A stretch of 64,000 bases of DNA from Candidatus Binatia bacterium (GTDB lineage: Bacteria > Desulfobacterota > Binatia > UBA9968). The stretch lies in the NCBI GenBank assembly GCA_036554745.1, contig DATBMR010000015.1, positions 30,597 through 94,596 on the forward strand, in the 5' to 3' direction. The translations under genes were made by a program, and so were the position numbers. This document shows, in pieces, positions 32,223-42,522 of the stretch. Under the pieces are notes generated by a model. That model was given only the letters and a program-made list of their open reading frames with translations. It was not told where the DNA came from and did not search any database. The number at the start of each line of letters is the position of its first letter. Position 1 is the stretch's first letter.

Positions 32223-34580
32223 TTGGTATTTTGCATCCTTTGGTTTTGTCAAGATCTCGTATTCTATGGGCAGGTACCTTTTTATCGTGATTTAACCAAC
32301 TATTTTTATCCGCTTCGTTATAGTCTGTATGAAAGTTTCCGTGCCGGTGAATTGCCTCTTTGGGATCGGCACTTCGCCCAAGGCTTTCCCAATTTGGCTT
32401 CGTTCCAATCTGGAGCGTTTTACGTCCCGCATTTAGTTTTTTTCTTTTTTCCGTTTTTCGCATCGATTCGAGCTCTCTTCGTCCTACATTTTCTCATTGC
32501 CGCGGGTGGAACTTACGCGCTATTACGCTGGTGGAACTATCCCCGCGATTTGTCTCTTGTCGGGTCGTTGTTGTTCGCTCTTGGCGGCGTCATTGTGTCG
32601 CTGACCAACCTGTTGAATCATTTCCAAACCGCCGTGTGGCTCCCGTGGGTGATCCTAGCCTGGGAGCGGCTCCTTTTGACTCCCAGGTGGCATCACTTCA
32701 TCGCATTCACTTTTTTGATGGCGCTGCAGCTTTTAGCCGGTTCCCCCGAAATATTCGCCATGAGTATGGCGCTGGTGCTGCTCGATGGCTTTCGTCTCCG
32801 CGCTGCGGAACCGACGGTTTCCACCGGCAAAATAATTGGTCTGGCGATTGCCGGAAATTTTTTGATGCTGGCTTTGATTATGGTGCAGTTCCTGCCGACG
32901 GCGGAGTTGATGATGACATCTCGGCGCGGACACTCGATCCCGGCTGCAGAAGCATTCATGTGGTCGTTTCACCCGGCAAGTCTAATGAACCTGTTTTTTT
33001 TCGACAAAGAGGTCGAATCGCGCATCACAAGTGGTTTTCGGCTTTTCTTTTCGCGACAGGTGCCGTTCTTGGCGAGCAGTTACTTGGGTCTCATCTCCAT
33101 GTTTGGAATGGCGCTGTGGACCTATTACGCGAAGCGGCGCGAAAAACTCTTTGTGACGGCGCTGGCATTAGGCTCATTTGCGCTGGCTTTGGGCGGCCAT
33201 TCCCTGATCTATCCGTTCTTATTTCAGCACGTGCCGTTTGCATCAGCGATCCGATTTCCGGAAAAGTTTTTTTTTCTTACGTACATTTTGATCATTTTTA
33301 CAACTATGGGCGGCCTCAAAGCGTTCTGGCTCGATCGAGTAAAGAGCGCACGAGGTCCAACCATGGTTCTCGGGGGGATCTGTCTTGTTTGGCTGGGTCT
33401 TTATGCCATTTTTAAGCTCCGGTCGGATATGCTGGCGGATTTCATCGGCAGGCATAGCAGCATTGTGCCACTCTCCGATGCACACGCCGAGGCTACGGTT
33501 ACGGTGCTCGCGAATCTACAGCGACAGGTTCTATTGGCGATAGCGTTTTTGTCAGTTTTCATTCTTTTTAGAACCGACAAAATTCGCCCACGGGTGTTTT
33601 CCGTTTTGATCGTCTCGATTGTTTTTGTCGATCTGGCGTGGGCGCACCGGAGTTTTCTCTTCCCGCTGCATCCCGATAGGGTGTACCAGAGTTCGCCGGT
33701 TATAAAGCCGGCCCAAACTGGCCTCACCCGATTTTTCTATTATCCTTCGGCGCGTGATCTACACCCCGCTTTTTTTTCGGTTCTAGGACAGCCGACATTC
33801 GAACAATCGGTCGCTTTGTCATTTCAAAACTATTTGCCGAATGTCGGCGTTATTCATGGAGTCGATTACTTTCAGGAAATCGACGCGCTAAACCGGCGTT
33901 CCTACAGCGATTTCCTACTTCTCGCGAACAGCTTGGACTTCGAGCGACAAATCAAACTATTGAGAACTTTCAACGTCGGATACTTGGTGAGCTTTCGTAA
34001 ACTATCGGAAGAAGGAATCCACCAGATAGGCCATTTCCCGAACTATTTTTCCTGGCTTTACAGAATTGAGGGAGCGATACCGCGAGCCTATATTGTGAAC
34101 CGATCAGTCGTTGAAAAGGAGCCTTTCAAGACGCTGCAGCGACTTTCAGGGGCTGAATTCGATCCATTAGCGGAGGTGGTTCTCGAAGAGGACGTTCAGA
34201 TTCGACCGACGCGGCGCCTGCAAGCTCATGTCCAAATACAACGTTACGGCAATAGCTCCGTCCTTATGCATGCAGACACAAACGAAGAGGGAATCCTAGT
34301 GCTCGCGGATTCGCTTTATCCGGGATGGAAGGCTTACGTGAATGGCGAGCAAACACGGATCTTGCGAGCTAATTATTTTTATCGTGCGGTACTTTTGCCC
34401 AAAGGAAAGCAGCGGATTGAATTTCAGTACGATCCGCTGTCATTTAAGATCGGTCTGGTGATTTCCATGATTACACTGATTTTCATAGTAGGTGTTTCGA
34501 TACGCATCGCTCTTAGGAGGCGGGCAAGCTCAGCTCCCCTCGCAAATCCAGTTTCGATTCCCCAAAGTACATGGACTTGA
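32223..34580 (+). CDS. YfhO-family polytopic membrane protein (GT-C type glycosyltransferase-like)
   Basis: 785 aa. N-terminal YfhO-like pattern (FYRDLTNYFYPLRYSLYESFRAGELPLWDRHFAQGFP), more than 10 TM segments, a large C-terminal extracytoplasmic domain and a terminal TM anchor. TTG start is uncertain. Confidence 0.75.
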   Translation: MVFCILWFCQDLVFYGQVPFYRDLTNYFYPLRYSLYESFRAGELPLWDRHFAQGFPNLASFQSGAFYVPHLVFFFFPFFASIRALFVLHFLIAAGGTYALLRWWNYPRDLSLVGSLLFALGGVIVSLTNLLNHFQTAVWLPWVILAWERLLLTPRWHHFIAFTFLMALQLLAGSPEIFAMSMALVLLDGFRLRAAEPTVSTGKIIGLAIAGNFLMLALIMVQFLPTAELMMTSRRGHSIPAAEAFMWSFHPASLMNLFFFDKEVESRITSGFRLFFSRQVPFLASSYLGLISMFGMALWTYYAKRREKLFVTALALGSFALALGGHSLIYPFLFQHVPFASAIRFPEKFFFLTYILIIFTTMGGLKAFWLDRVKSARGPTMVLGGICLVWLGLYAIFKLRSDMLADFIGRHSSIVPLSDAHAEATVTVLANLQRQVLLAIAFLSVFILFRTDKIRPRVFSVLIVSIVFVDLAWAHRSFLFPLHPDRVYQSSPVIKPAQTGLTRFFYYPSARDLHPAFFSVLGQPTFEQSVALSFQNYLPNVGVIHGVDYFQEIDALNRRSYSDFLLLANSLDFERQIKLLRTFNVGYLVSFRKLSEEGIHQIGHFPNYFSWLYRIEGAIPRAYIVNRSVVEKEPFKTLQRLSGAEFDPLAEVVLEEDVQIRPTRRLQAHVQIQRYGNSSVLMHADTNEEGILVLADSLYPGWKAYVNGEQTRILRANYFYRAVLLPKGKQRIEFQYDPLSFKIGLVISMITLIFIVGVSIRIALRRRASSAPLANPVSIPQSTWT

Positions 34581-36346
34581 AAGCTGCTTGCGATGGCCAT
34601 CATTTTGCCAGTGCCGAAGCGACAAATGCCAGCTGGCAAGCAATCGGTTTATGTGTCTTGTTGATTGTCTTCAGCACACTTTCTCTCAGCGCTAACCTCC
34701 AGAAGTCCCCAACCGCAGACGAAAATTATCATCTGGTGGCCGGTTATTCTTATCTCCTTTGGCGCGACTATAGAATCAACCCTGAACACCCTCCTTTGGC
34801 GAAACTGTTAGCCGCGTTACCGTTGCTTGGCATCGACATTAACAATCAGCCTCTCACTCAAAAACGTCGAGATGAAGTACAGGTCAACGGAAGATATGGT
34901 TGGCTACTGGCGAACCAATGGTTATTTAGCAACAATGACGCGGAAGAACTGTTATTCTACGCCAAATTGCCGATGATTGCCCTCGGCGCGATGTTGGGTC
35001 TTTTGGTTTTTTGCTGGGCGCGCGAGCTTTACGGGCAAACAGCGGCATTCGCCTCGTTAGCCCTCTACGTTTTCGATCCCAACATATTGGCTCACTCAGC
35101 GATCATTCATACTGACCTGCCATTTGCGTTGACCTTTTGTGCCGGGACTTATTACTTCTGGCGCACCGCTAAGGAAGTCACATGGTTCAATTGGTTGATG
35201 ACTATTGGGTTCTTCGCACTGTCGGCGGTCACTAAATTCTCGTTCGTCATAATTTTACCCATCTGGAGTGTTTTGGCCTTTTGTCTGGTCTTTTCCTCAA
35301 CTCCTATTCGCTCCAGGATCACGTCCGTATCTGAAATAACGGGAAGATGGCATAAGGCGGGTTTGTTAGCAGCTATCTTTGTCTCGGCGATTATGCTCGC
35401 TTACCTGACGATCTGGCTGGCCTACGGATTTCGATACGACGCCGTCGGCGGGCAAGTAGAACGCCTGATGATCCCGTCCGGGATAACACCTTCGCCATGG
35501 CTGATGCCATGGGTTCCGTTGAATGCAAAGTACCACCTGCTTCCGGAAGCGTGGTTTTACGGCCTCGTTTACGCTCTATCGACCTTCAACCGAACGGCTT
35601 ATCTGCTCGGGGAAATTTCCGGACAAGGTTTTTTACTCTATTTTCCCATCGCTTTTGCCACTAAAACACCGCTGTCGACTCTCCTGCTTCTTATAATAGC
35701 GTTAATCTTGTTCTTGGAGAAAAACGAGTTAAACAAAGATTTCAAATTTCTTTTGATACCCATTTTGCTCTTCGTTTCGTTCGCAGTGCTTTCACGCATG
35801 AACATCGGCTTGCGCCATATACTGCCGGTCTATCCTTTTTTGTTCGTCTGGCTCGGCGGTTCGGTTAAAACGCTTTGGTCCAGTCGATCGCTGGCGAGGA
35901 AGTCGACCGCTCTTCTGCTTGTAATTTGGTTAGTCTGTTCTTCGATCAATACGTATCCGGATTACTTGGCGTTCTTTAACGAAGCCGTGGGTAGCAGGAA
36001 CCGACATCAAATTCTGGTTGATTCTAACCTCGATTGGGGCCAAGACCTGAAAGGATTGAAACGCTGGATGGACGAAAACGATGTCGGCAAAATACGTCTT
36101 GCCTACTTCGGCACCGCGGATCCGGCATATTATGGTATAGATGCAATTCCGCAACCCGAAGCCTGGTCATCCGAGCCGCAAAGCGATAACACTCTTCCCG
36201 GTCCTGCATACATCGCGATTAGCGCGACTCACTTGGCGAGCCTCTACTTCTGGCCGTCCAAACCCTACGAGCGATACTTGGACTCCGAACCGGAAGCGAT
36301 CATTGGAGGCTCGATCCATGTTTACAAAATTCGTGACCGGAGATAA
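34571..36346 (+). CDS. polyprenyl-phosphate-dependent glycosyltransferase, family 39/83 (ArnT/PMT_2-like)
   Basis: 591 aa. First-loop DE motif (PTADENYHLVAGYSY), then INPEHPPLAKLL. Many TM segments and a soluble C-terminal domain. Overlaps the preceding gene by 10 nt. Confidence 0.8.
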   Translation: MDLKAACDGHHFASAEATNASWQAIGLCVLLIVFSTLSLSANLQKSPTADENYHLVAGYSYLLWRDYRINPEHPPLAKLLAALPLLGIDINNQPLTQKRRDEVQVNGRYGWLLANQWLFSNNDAEELLFYAKLPMIALGAMLGLLVFCWARELYGQTAAFASLALYVFDPNILAHSAIIHTDLPFALTFCAGTYYFWRTAKEVTWFNWLMTIGFFALSAVTKFSFVIILPIWSVLAFCLVFSSTPIRSRITSVSEITGRWHKAGLLAAIFVSAIMLAYLTIWLAYGFRYDAVGGQVERLMIPSGITPSPWLMPWVPLNAKYHLLPEAWFYGLVYALSTFNRTAYLLGEISGQGFLLYFPIAFATKTPLSTLLLLIIALILFLEKNELNKDFKFLLIPILLFVSFAVLSRMNIGLRHILPVYPFLFVWLGGSVKTLWSSRSLARKSTALLLVIWLVCSSINTYPDYLAFFNEAVGSRNRHQILVDSNLDWGQDLKGLKRWMDENDVGKIRLAYFGTADPAYYGIDAIPQPEAWSSEPQSDNTLPGPAYIAISATHLASLYFWPSKPYERYLDSEPEAIIGGSIHVYKIRDRR

Positions 36347-36420
36347 CCCGGAAAGCGGAGCCGCTGAACGGACTTCGCGTGATATATCAGAGCTATGCGC
36401 ATGAGTGACGGCCTCTTCGT

Positions 36421-38127
36421 TTGGTGGTGCTTTCGTATAGCATTTCCATTCAGCGACCCTCTTGGTTACCCGACCCGCGTATTAAAGCTCAGCGAGTAAA
36501 CATCGGATCAGGATCGATATTGAAACTGCCCCGGAAAAATCTGGACACTTCGCGACAACGGCGCATTGGCTTCGCGATCTTCGCGATTCTCTTTGCGTCC
36601 TACGGCTATTTTCATCAGGGAGGCGGCTGGAATCAGAACAGCCGGCTAAATCAGGTTCGCGCTATCGTGGAAAAACAACAACTGGAGATCAATGACTATT
36701 TGCACTATCAGGCTAGTGTCAATTCCCGGGGCGAGACGAAAATCTTACCGTTGAAGCGCTCGGTCGGCAATGAAACCCGGTCCTCTCTCGATTCTGCTAA
36801 CACGCTGGATGTTTCGCTTTTCTCGGGGAGGTTCTATCCGAACAAGCCTCCAGGCACGGTTTTTCTTGCGCTGCCAGCGTACGGACTGATTTATTCCCTT
36901 GAATCCTTGCTGCATGTGGACGCAACCGACTGGTGGATTCAAACAATTAATAGCTATCTGACCAATCTATTTTCTGTAGCGCTCGTAACAGCACTGGGAG
37001 GTCTGGTCTTTTACTTCGTATCGCAGCGCTTGTTTCCGGCATTGCCAACTTGGACCCATGTCGCCGCGACGCTTACCTATGGTTTGGGAACGATGATTTT
37101 CCCGTTCGCCACCCTGTTTTTTGATCATGATCTGGTTGCTACCTTTTCATTGTGCGCGTTCGGTCTGGTTTTGACAAAAAACCGGGGTGGCCTTGAATCC
37201 CTGCGCGACACCTTCGGCTACTTTCTGGTGGGCGTCCTGTGCGGATTGTCGATCTTGGTAAATTACACGGCGATTCTCACCACCGCATGCTTGCTCGCGT
37301 ATGGATTCTGGACTGCCAAAGGAAAACCTATGTTTGTGTATGGCGCTCTCGCCGGGCTAGTTCTGCCAATCCTCTTGCTCATGTCCTATCATGCCAGCTG
37401 TTTCGGCAGTCCTTATGCGACCGCCAACACGTATCAGTACTCGATGTTTCGCTCCCCCGATAGCGCCTTTTCCGGTATGCTAACCTTGCCCAGTGCCACG
37501 GTGGCTTTCGAGCTACTTTTTCCATACTATCGTGGGCTTTTTTTTACGTCTCCGGTGCTCCTGCTGACTGCGCTAGGGCTGGTGATGATGGTGAGAAAAC
37601 CGCAATGCAAACCGGAGGCTATTCTGTGCGCCGTCATCTTTGCGGCCCACTTGTTGGTGAATTCTGCGTTCAACCACTGGCACGCTGGCTGGACTGTGGG
37701 ACCGCGCTATCTCATACCCGCGCTGCCATTTCTCGTCCTGCCCGGTGCTTGGCTGTTTACCCGCCTGCCCCGGTTGACCGGTACGCTGGCGCTGGCTTCA
37801 TTCTGTATCATGCTGCTGATTACCGCCGTAGAACCCCAGGTGCCCAGTGCGATTAGTAACCCTTTGAAGGATCATGTACTTAGGCTTGTTCTGGGAGAAA
37901 GGCTCGAGGTGAATGGCATCAGCATCGATGGGCCGGTATCAACCAATCCTATCGGTGTGTACGAAAGTTGGAATGGCCCGGGTGAGTCAATTCGGCAAGC
38001 GGAGAGGAAATGGCACGCATTCAACCTGGGCGAACTTCTTTGGCCTGGGAGTCGCGGGAGCCTGGCGCCGTTGCTGCTATTTATCAGCGCCGCGCTTGTG
38101 TACATTCGTCGGGTGCTTGGCGACTAA
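36421..38127 (+). CDS. polytopic membrane protein, putative GT-C fold glycosyltransferase
   Basis: 568 aa. Loop after the first TM reads YFHQGGGWNQNSRLNQVRAIVE. More than 10 TM helices and the same architecture as its two neighbours. The family was not recognised with certainty. Confidence 0.55.
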   Translation: MVVLSYSISIQRPSWLPDPRIKAQRVNIGSGSILKLPRKNLDTSRQRRIGFAIFAILFASYGYFHQGGGWNQNSRLNQVRAIVEKQQLEINDYLHYQASVNSRGETKILPLKRSVGNETRSSLDSANTLDVSLFSGRFYPNKPPGTVFLALPAYGLIYSLESLLHVDATDWWIQTINSYLTNLFSVALVTALGGLVFYFVSQRLFPALPTWTHVAATLTYGLGTMIFPFATLFFDHDLVATFSLCAFGLVLTKNRGGLESLRDTFGYFLVGVLCGLSILVNYTAILTTACLLAYGFWTAKGKPMFVYGALAGLVLPILLLMSYHASCFGSPYATANTYQYSMFRSPDSAFSGMLTLPSATVAFELLFPYYRGLFFTSPVLLLTALGLVMMVRKPQCKPEAILCAVIFAAHLLVNSAFNHWHAGWTVGPRYLIPALPFLVLPGAWLFTRLPRLTGTLALASFCIMLLITAVEPQVPSAISNPLKDHVLRLVLGERLEVNGISIDGPVSTNPIGVYESWNGPGESIRQAERKWHAFNLGELLWPGSRGSLAPLLLFISAALVYIRRVLGD

Positions 38128-38264
38128 AAAAGTATCACAGAGTGACAAGGAGGGATGACGCAGACACACTGGACGAAAGTACTAATGCGGCAACGGTTTG
38201 AATTTTTCGGGTAGGAGATTAATGAGAAACCGGATAAAATGAATGGCCAAGGAGAGCTCCACCC

Positions 38265-38675
38265 ATGAAACCAGAGGTAATTTCGAGTGCATGTGCCATA
38301 TGTGTTGTATTTTCCGCCACGCTCGCGTTTGCCCAGGCGTTCGGCGAGTATGGGCGAGCGGTCGGCAGCGTCCCGCATGGGCGGGGAATCACTGGCTCGA
38401 GAACCCAGGGCGGCGTAATCCAGGACGTTGGCCGTGGTGGTGTTGGTGAGATAGCTGCGCGCAAGCTGCCAGTTCGTCTCATTGTCAGTGCAAAAACTGC
38501 CGGCCTTTTCCCCCGACAGGACGAAGAATCAGAGAAGATCGCACAACTGACTGAAGGAGAAACGCTCGTACCAATGGTTCAGAGCGAGGGCGGCAGCCAA
38601 TGGTATATGGTCAAGACGGCCTCGGGTCAGGTTGGCTGGATCAAAGGCAGCAACGTTCGGCCAACCAATAAATAG
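38265..38675 (+). CDS. secreted SH3b domain-containing protein
   Basis: 136 aa. Signal peptide ending LAFAQA. C-terminal SH3_3-like segment (GETLVPMVQSEGGSQWYMVKTASGQVGWIKGSNV). RBS AAGGAG upstream. Confidence 0.7.
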   Translation: MKPEVISSACAICVVFSATLAFAQAFGEYGRAVGSVPHGRGITGSRTQGGVIQDVGRGGVGEIAARKLPVRLIVSAKTAGLFPRQDEESEKIAQLTEGETLVPMVQSEGGSQWYMVKTASGQVGWIKGSNVRPTNK

Positions 38676-38745
38676 GGAATGAAATAAGAGCTTTTGTGGT
38701 TCTCGATTATCAGCAACTTTAGCGGGCAGAATCGTTACCTTAGTC

Positions 38746-39042
38746 GTGATCGTGGAGAAATGGGCCGTTTGGCCGCAAGATTTCTGGAAGATCCGCGTCC
38801 GCTTTTTCTCTAAAATGTCATCGATTCCGAATTCCTTCTATAAGTCGCGATGCCACGACTGGCATCGTAGCTGCTATGTTGATGTCGGTATGCTCGGGGC
38901 AAAACGGCGAAGGATACTCATACCGGATGTACCGCCACGGGTGAAACCTCCAACCCGTCAGGGCCTGGTGATCGCGGGCATTAGCGTTTTTTGCGCCTCC
39001 ATGGTTGTCGCCGCGGTAGTGTTTGTCTTCCTGGACCTGTAG
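38746..39042 (+). CDS. hypothetical small protein with a C-terminal TM anchor
   Basis: 98-aa ORF (GTG start) with one hydrophobic C-terminal helix (LVIAGISVFCASMVVAAVVFVFL). No RBS or motif support. Confidence 0.25.
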   Translation: MIVEKWAVWPQDFWKIRVRFFSKMSSIPNSFYKSRCHDWHRSCYVDVGMLGAKRRRILIPDVPPRVKPPTRQGLVIAGISVFCASMVVAAVVFVFLDL

Positions 39043-39191
39043 CCGGCAGGTTTTCGCCTTCGTTAGTCGAATCCATTTGATAGCTCGGATGTCGCCGCTG
39101 GAGCGGTTTCTATCTGCTTTTTAACAGAAGATCATCACAGATAGCTGTGAAGAACTTCGCATTGACGTTGAGGAGGAAGCAGAACCGACGC

Positions 39192-39659
39192 TCACGCAAC
39201 TCGGAGTCGCTTGAGCACGGAATCGTTGCCAATCACGTGAAATTCCATGTAGTCGATCAATCTGCGAGCAATAAAAAAATATCGCTGCAGCTCCTCGATC
39301 GATGACTTATCCGATGTCGATCCGGACGGGTTCGTTTTGCCGGACCGGTAGGACTCGACTTCCTGAACCAGCCCTCGTAAAGCCGGCGGTAGGACGTCCC
39401 AGACTCCCGTGGACTCGCAGATGGAAACCAACTTACCGTGGTCATGCTGCTGCGGCAGACTGCCGTGGCTTTCAATAAGGGCCGCTTTAATGGCCTTATC
39501 GACCGCTTCGGCTAGCTTGTCAAAATCTGACAGGCTGGCGTCTGCACCGACCTTTTCGTCAGGAAACGATTCGATTTTGTCACGCGCTTCCCGTAGCCAC
39601 GGTTCCGCGTAGAAACCCATGACGGTATGATAGAGGCACAGTTGGTTTTTGGCAAGCAA
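39192..39659 (-). CDS. hypothetical protein, tentatively HEPN-like all-helical domain
   Basis: 155 aa. Weak HEPN-like pattern (KAIKAALIESHG...HDHGKLVSICE). GGGGA lies 7 nt upstream of the TTG start. Has its own upstream terminator and spacer. Confidence 0.4.
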   Translation of the reverse strand: MLAKNQLCLYHTVMGFYAEPWLREARDKIESFPDEKVGADASLSDFDKLAEAVDKAIKAALIESHGSLPQQHDHGKLVSICESTGVWDVLPPALRGLVQEVESYRSGKTNPSGSTSDKSSIEELQRYFFIARRLIDYMEFHVIGNDSVLKRLRVA

Positions 39660-39751
39660 AAGGTTCCCCGTTTGGCCGAAGCCAAAGCGGTTCTAGAGAA
39701 ATTGAGTTACTGTTATACGAACGTGACCGATCACGCTCTATGATCGTTCCA

Positions 39752-39783
39752 TAAAAAAAGGCCTCCGGTGAATACCGGAGGCC
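39752..39783 (-). terminator. intrinsic terminator of the DapA-family gene
   Basis: The minus strand reads GGCCTCCGG-tattca-CCGGAGGCC followed by TTTTTTT. It lies 31 nt after the stop. Confidence 0.75.
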
Positions 39784-39813
39784 CCAACAATGGCGAATTT
39801 TTTATGGCTTAGT

Positions 39814-40776
39814 TTAGGCTGCCGAACGCGAACGCGCAGCCTCGACCAACGGCCGGTACTTTTCGTTCAGTTTCATCCAATGGGCCGCGCGCCTTTTCGC
39901 CTTCGCAAGCTCCGCCTCGGGAAACGTGACAAATGGGACTCGTGTTGGACCAACCTTACAGTAATCGGCAAATTCCGCCGGCCGCTTGTTACCCGCTCCA
40001 GGCACCGGCTTGCCGCCGCTCCCGTCGCCGATCAGATCATCAATGACTTCGATCGCTTTCTGAGTCTCACCACGTTTCAATAAATCGACCAAGTAGAGCA
40101 CCGGCCAGGGTCCCATCCACACTTCAGTGGACCAACAACCCACTGCGCCCATCTCATAATAGGGATACAACTGAGTTTGGTTGACAAACACGCTAATTTT
40201 ACCGCGCACGATCTTTTGCAGATTCATAAATGCCTGCGTCGTTCTGTGGCTATCCTTCATGCCGATGATATTCGGCTTTTTGACCAGCTCCTTGAAAGCT
40301 GCAACCGGGATCGTGAACTTATGGTTGTCCGGGTTGTGGTAAACGACAATGTTTAAGCTCGGAAATAGATCCGCGATGTCATGATAAAACTTTATGGCAT
40401 CTTGCACGTGCAGAGTCTCGTAGTAGGGGACGCCGAGCAGGACGCCGTCGGCGCCAAGCTCCTTGACGAAATTCATTTTTTGGATGACTTCACGTGGATT
40501 GGGGCTCGTGCACCCGATAAAGAGCGGCACGCGTTTTTTTACCGTTTCGACTGTCGCTGTCGCTAGGGTCTTAAATTCATCGAACAGCAAGTTGTAGCAT
40601 TCCCCGTAGGTTCCGGTGGTGGCGATATTGTTGATGCCGTCCTTGATAATTTTGTCGACTCCCTCTTTAAGATTATCTACGGCAATGGTTTGAGTGGCAC
40701 GTACATCGGTCGCATCCGGCGTCGCAAAGGCCGGCATCATCGCTAAAACTCCGCTAAGTTCGCTGGCGCTAATCAT
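39814..40776 (-). CDS. dihydrodipicolinate synthase / N-acetylneuraminate lyase family protein
   Basis: 320 aa. GTYGE, GVPYY and Schiff-base Lys context IIGMKDS motifs. RBS AGGGAGGA upstream. Confidence 0.82.
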   Translation of the reverse strand: MISASELSGVLAMMPAFATPDATDVRATQTIAVDNLKEGVDKIIKDGINNIATTGTYGECYNLLFDEFKTLATATVETVKKRVPLFIGCTSPNPREVIQKMNFVKELGADGVLLGVPYYETLHVQDAIKFYHDIADLFPSLNIVVYHNPDNHKFTIPVAAFKELVKKPNIIGMKDSHRTTQAFMNLQKIVRGKISVFVNQTQLYPYYEMGAVGCWSTEVWMGPWPVLYLVDLLKRGETQKAIEVIDDLIGDGSGGKPVPGAGNKRPAEFADYCKVGPTRVPFVTFPEAELAKAKRRAAHWMKLNEKYRPLVEAARSRSAA

Positions 40777-40885
40777 GGCTCAATCCTCCCTGGGTAGGTA
40801 TTTAACGGTTTTTTTGACTTCGCTTATCCAATATTGCAAGCACTTGAGGTGCGACGCCCTGACGGCCTGTTCTATGTATATCGAT

Positions 40886-41428
40886 TTAACGCCGGCGTGC
40901 AAAGATGCTGAGGGGTTCTCTGCTCTGGGATCTCCTTTTGTACATACGCACGCACGCCTCGCGAATGAAACTCATTGAAAGCTTTTCCAGCTCGATATCG
41001 CCGCCCCTCGTTTCGTATTCGATCTCTACTGAGGCGGGGTCCGAAGTCGATGAGCCGGTATTATTGAGACGGCGCAGCTCTCCGCGCTTGATATCAACAT
41101 ATTCACCTACCGCGCGAAGCATCTCAGCTAAACCGTCGAACCGAACTTCGCGATTACGCGGTCCGCGCCTTGCCTGACCTTCACGGTCAAGCATCTTGAG
41201 GTCTTCAGGGGAAAATTTTACGTTGATGAGCCCGGTGTAGGGTGGATTCGGGTCGCCGCCTTGCACGTGAAATTCCTGCGCATGATTTCTTAGTTCGAAC
41301 ACTTCGATTCCCCGGTGCTGCAATGCTTGGCCGATACAGCGAAGGGCGCCCGCATACTTTGGAAGATCCTGCATACCACGTCCCCCACTCGCCTCTATCT
41401 CAAAACCACAACGACTGCAATCACGCAT
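40886..41428 (-). CDS. hypothetical protein
   Basis: 180-aa ORF with no recognised domain. The N-terminal CSRC may be upstream of the real start (MQDLPKY...). Confidence 0.45.
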   Translation of the reverse strand: MRDCSRCGFEIEASGGRGMQDLPKYAGALRCIGQALQHRGIEVFELRNHAQEFHVQGGDPNPPYTGLINVKFSPEDLKMLDREGQARRGPRNREVRFDGLAEMLRAVGEYVDIKRGELRRLNNTGSSTSDPASVEIEYETRGGDIELEKLSMSFIREACVRMYKRRSQSREPLSIFARRR

Positions 41429-41609
41429 TGGCGAACGTCTTGATCTCTACAGCGACAATGGATTCGACAAACCAACGAAACAAAGCCGCGTGTCGGGGCA
41501 CAAGGCATTCTTGCGGTTCCACCTTATTGGGTTGAAACAGGAAGCATATAGCACCCGTGAGTAAGAAAACCTTGACGGTCGCAACTGCTCCCTGCTAATT
41601 TCGTCGGCT

Positions 41610-42287
41610 ATGGATGGTAAGAAACGAATTATTGCGGTCGGAGCGACCGGCCCCAACTTCGATCAGACCCCGGACCTCCCAACATCTACGGTTCTGCTGG
41701 AGTCAACAAAAGAAAGCGGCACCGGCTGGACGATGGTCTGCGAAGTCGGCGAAGATGCCGTCGTAAAATTATCGCAACGTGACCACATACTGGCTCGCAT
41801 CGACGCCGCCAAGCGCGAGATTCTCGCGGCCGACAGCATCGTCAAGCTGATGGCGTTTCGGACCAAGGCCGATGCAATCCGACAGCTGGTTCGAGCCTCG
41901 CGAGATATGCAGCTCATCAACTTGGCCAACGAGCTAAAGTTGCGGTGTGAAACGCAGCTTGGCGAAATGCTTCGAGACACACAACTAAGCAAGGGCGGTA
42001 GGCCATCGAAAACCATTCCTGACGCCAGGAATGGTTTTACACTTCGCGAACTCGGAATCGACAAGAACCTGTCGTCTTGGTGTCAGCGTCTCGCCAGTGC
42101 GCCTAAGGACAAATTCGAGCGGGTCATGGCAGAGGCTCGAACCGGCGAATGGGAACTGACGCGTCACACAGTCAAAAGGTTTCTACTGGAGAGCCCACCG
42201 AAGAACCTCAAGAGCTATGGTGATGGGGTCGAACCACAATATCGCTGCCCCTCGTGCGGCTTTTCCTGGCGGGGAAAGCCAAAGTGA
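41610..42287 (+). CDS. hypothetical protein (phage/plasmid-like helical N-terminal part, C-terminal CxxC zinc ribbon)
   Basis: 225 aa. The KGGRPSKT...FTLRELGIDKNLSSWCQRLA segment resembles HTH-containing proteins of mobile elements. Ends in YRCPSCGFSWRGKPK. Confidence 0.5.
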   Translation: MDGKKRIIAVGATGPNFDQTPDLPTSTVLLESTKESGTGWTMVCEVGEDAVVKLSQRDHILARIDAAKREILAADSIVKLMAFRTKADAIRQLVRASRDMQLINLANELKLRCETQLGEMLRDTQLSKGGRPSKTIPDARNGFTLRELGIDKNLSSWCQRLASAPKDKFERVMAEARTGEWELTRHTVKRFLLESPPKNLKSYGDGVEPQYRCPSCGFSWRGKPK

Positions 42288-42446
42288 TCGCTACTGTTCT
42301 GATCGCGTATCTCGCGTTCGATTTCTTGGAATCGAATGCTACGACCTAAAGATCGGCTAATTTAGAGAGAGGGTTAGGAAACAAAATCGATACGATTGCA
42401 GGAACACGGCCCGGTGGAGCACGATCTCAGTTTATTGTGAAAGGGG

Positions 42447-42522
<76 letters not shown>

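Noticed and set aside
32360-33415. 351-aa plus-strand ORF inside the YfhO-family gene
   Set aside because: It is an off-frame reading of the 32223-34580 gene. The translation is Arg/Ser/Pro/Gly-rich low complexity with no motifs, whereas the overlapping frame gives a coherent polytopic membrane protein.
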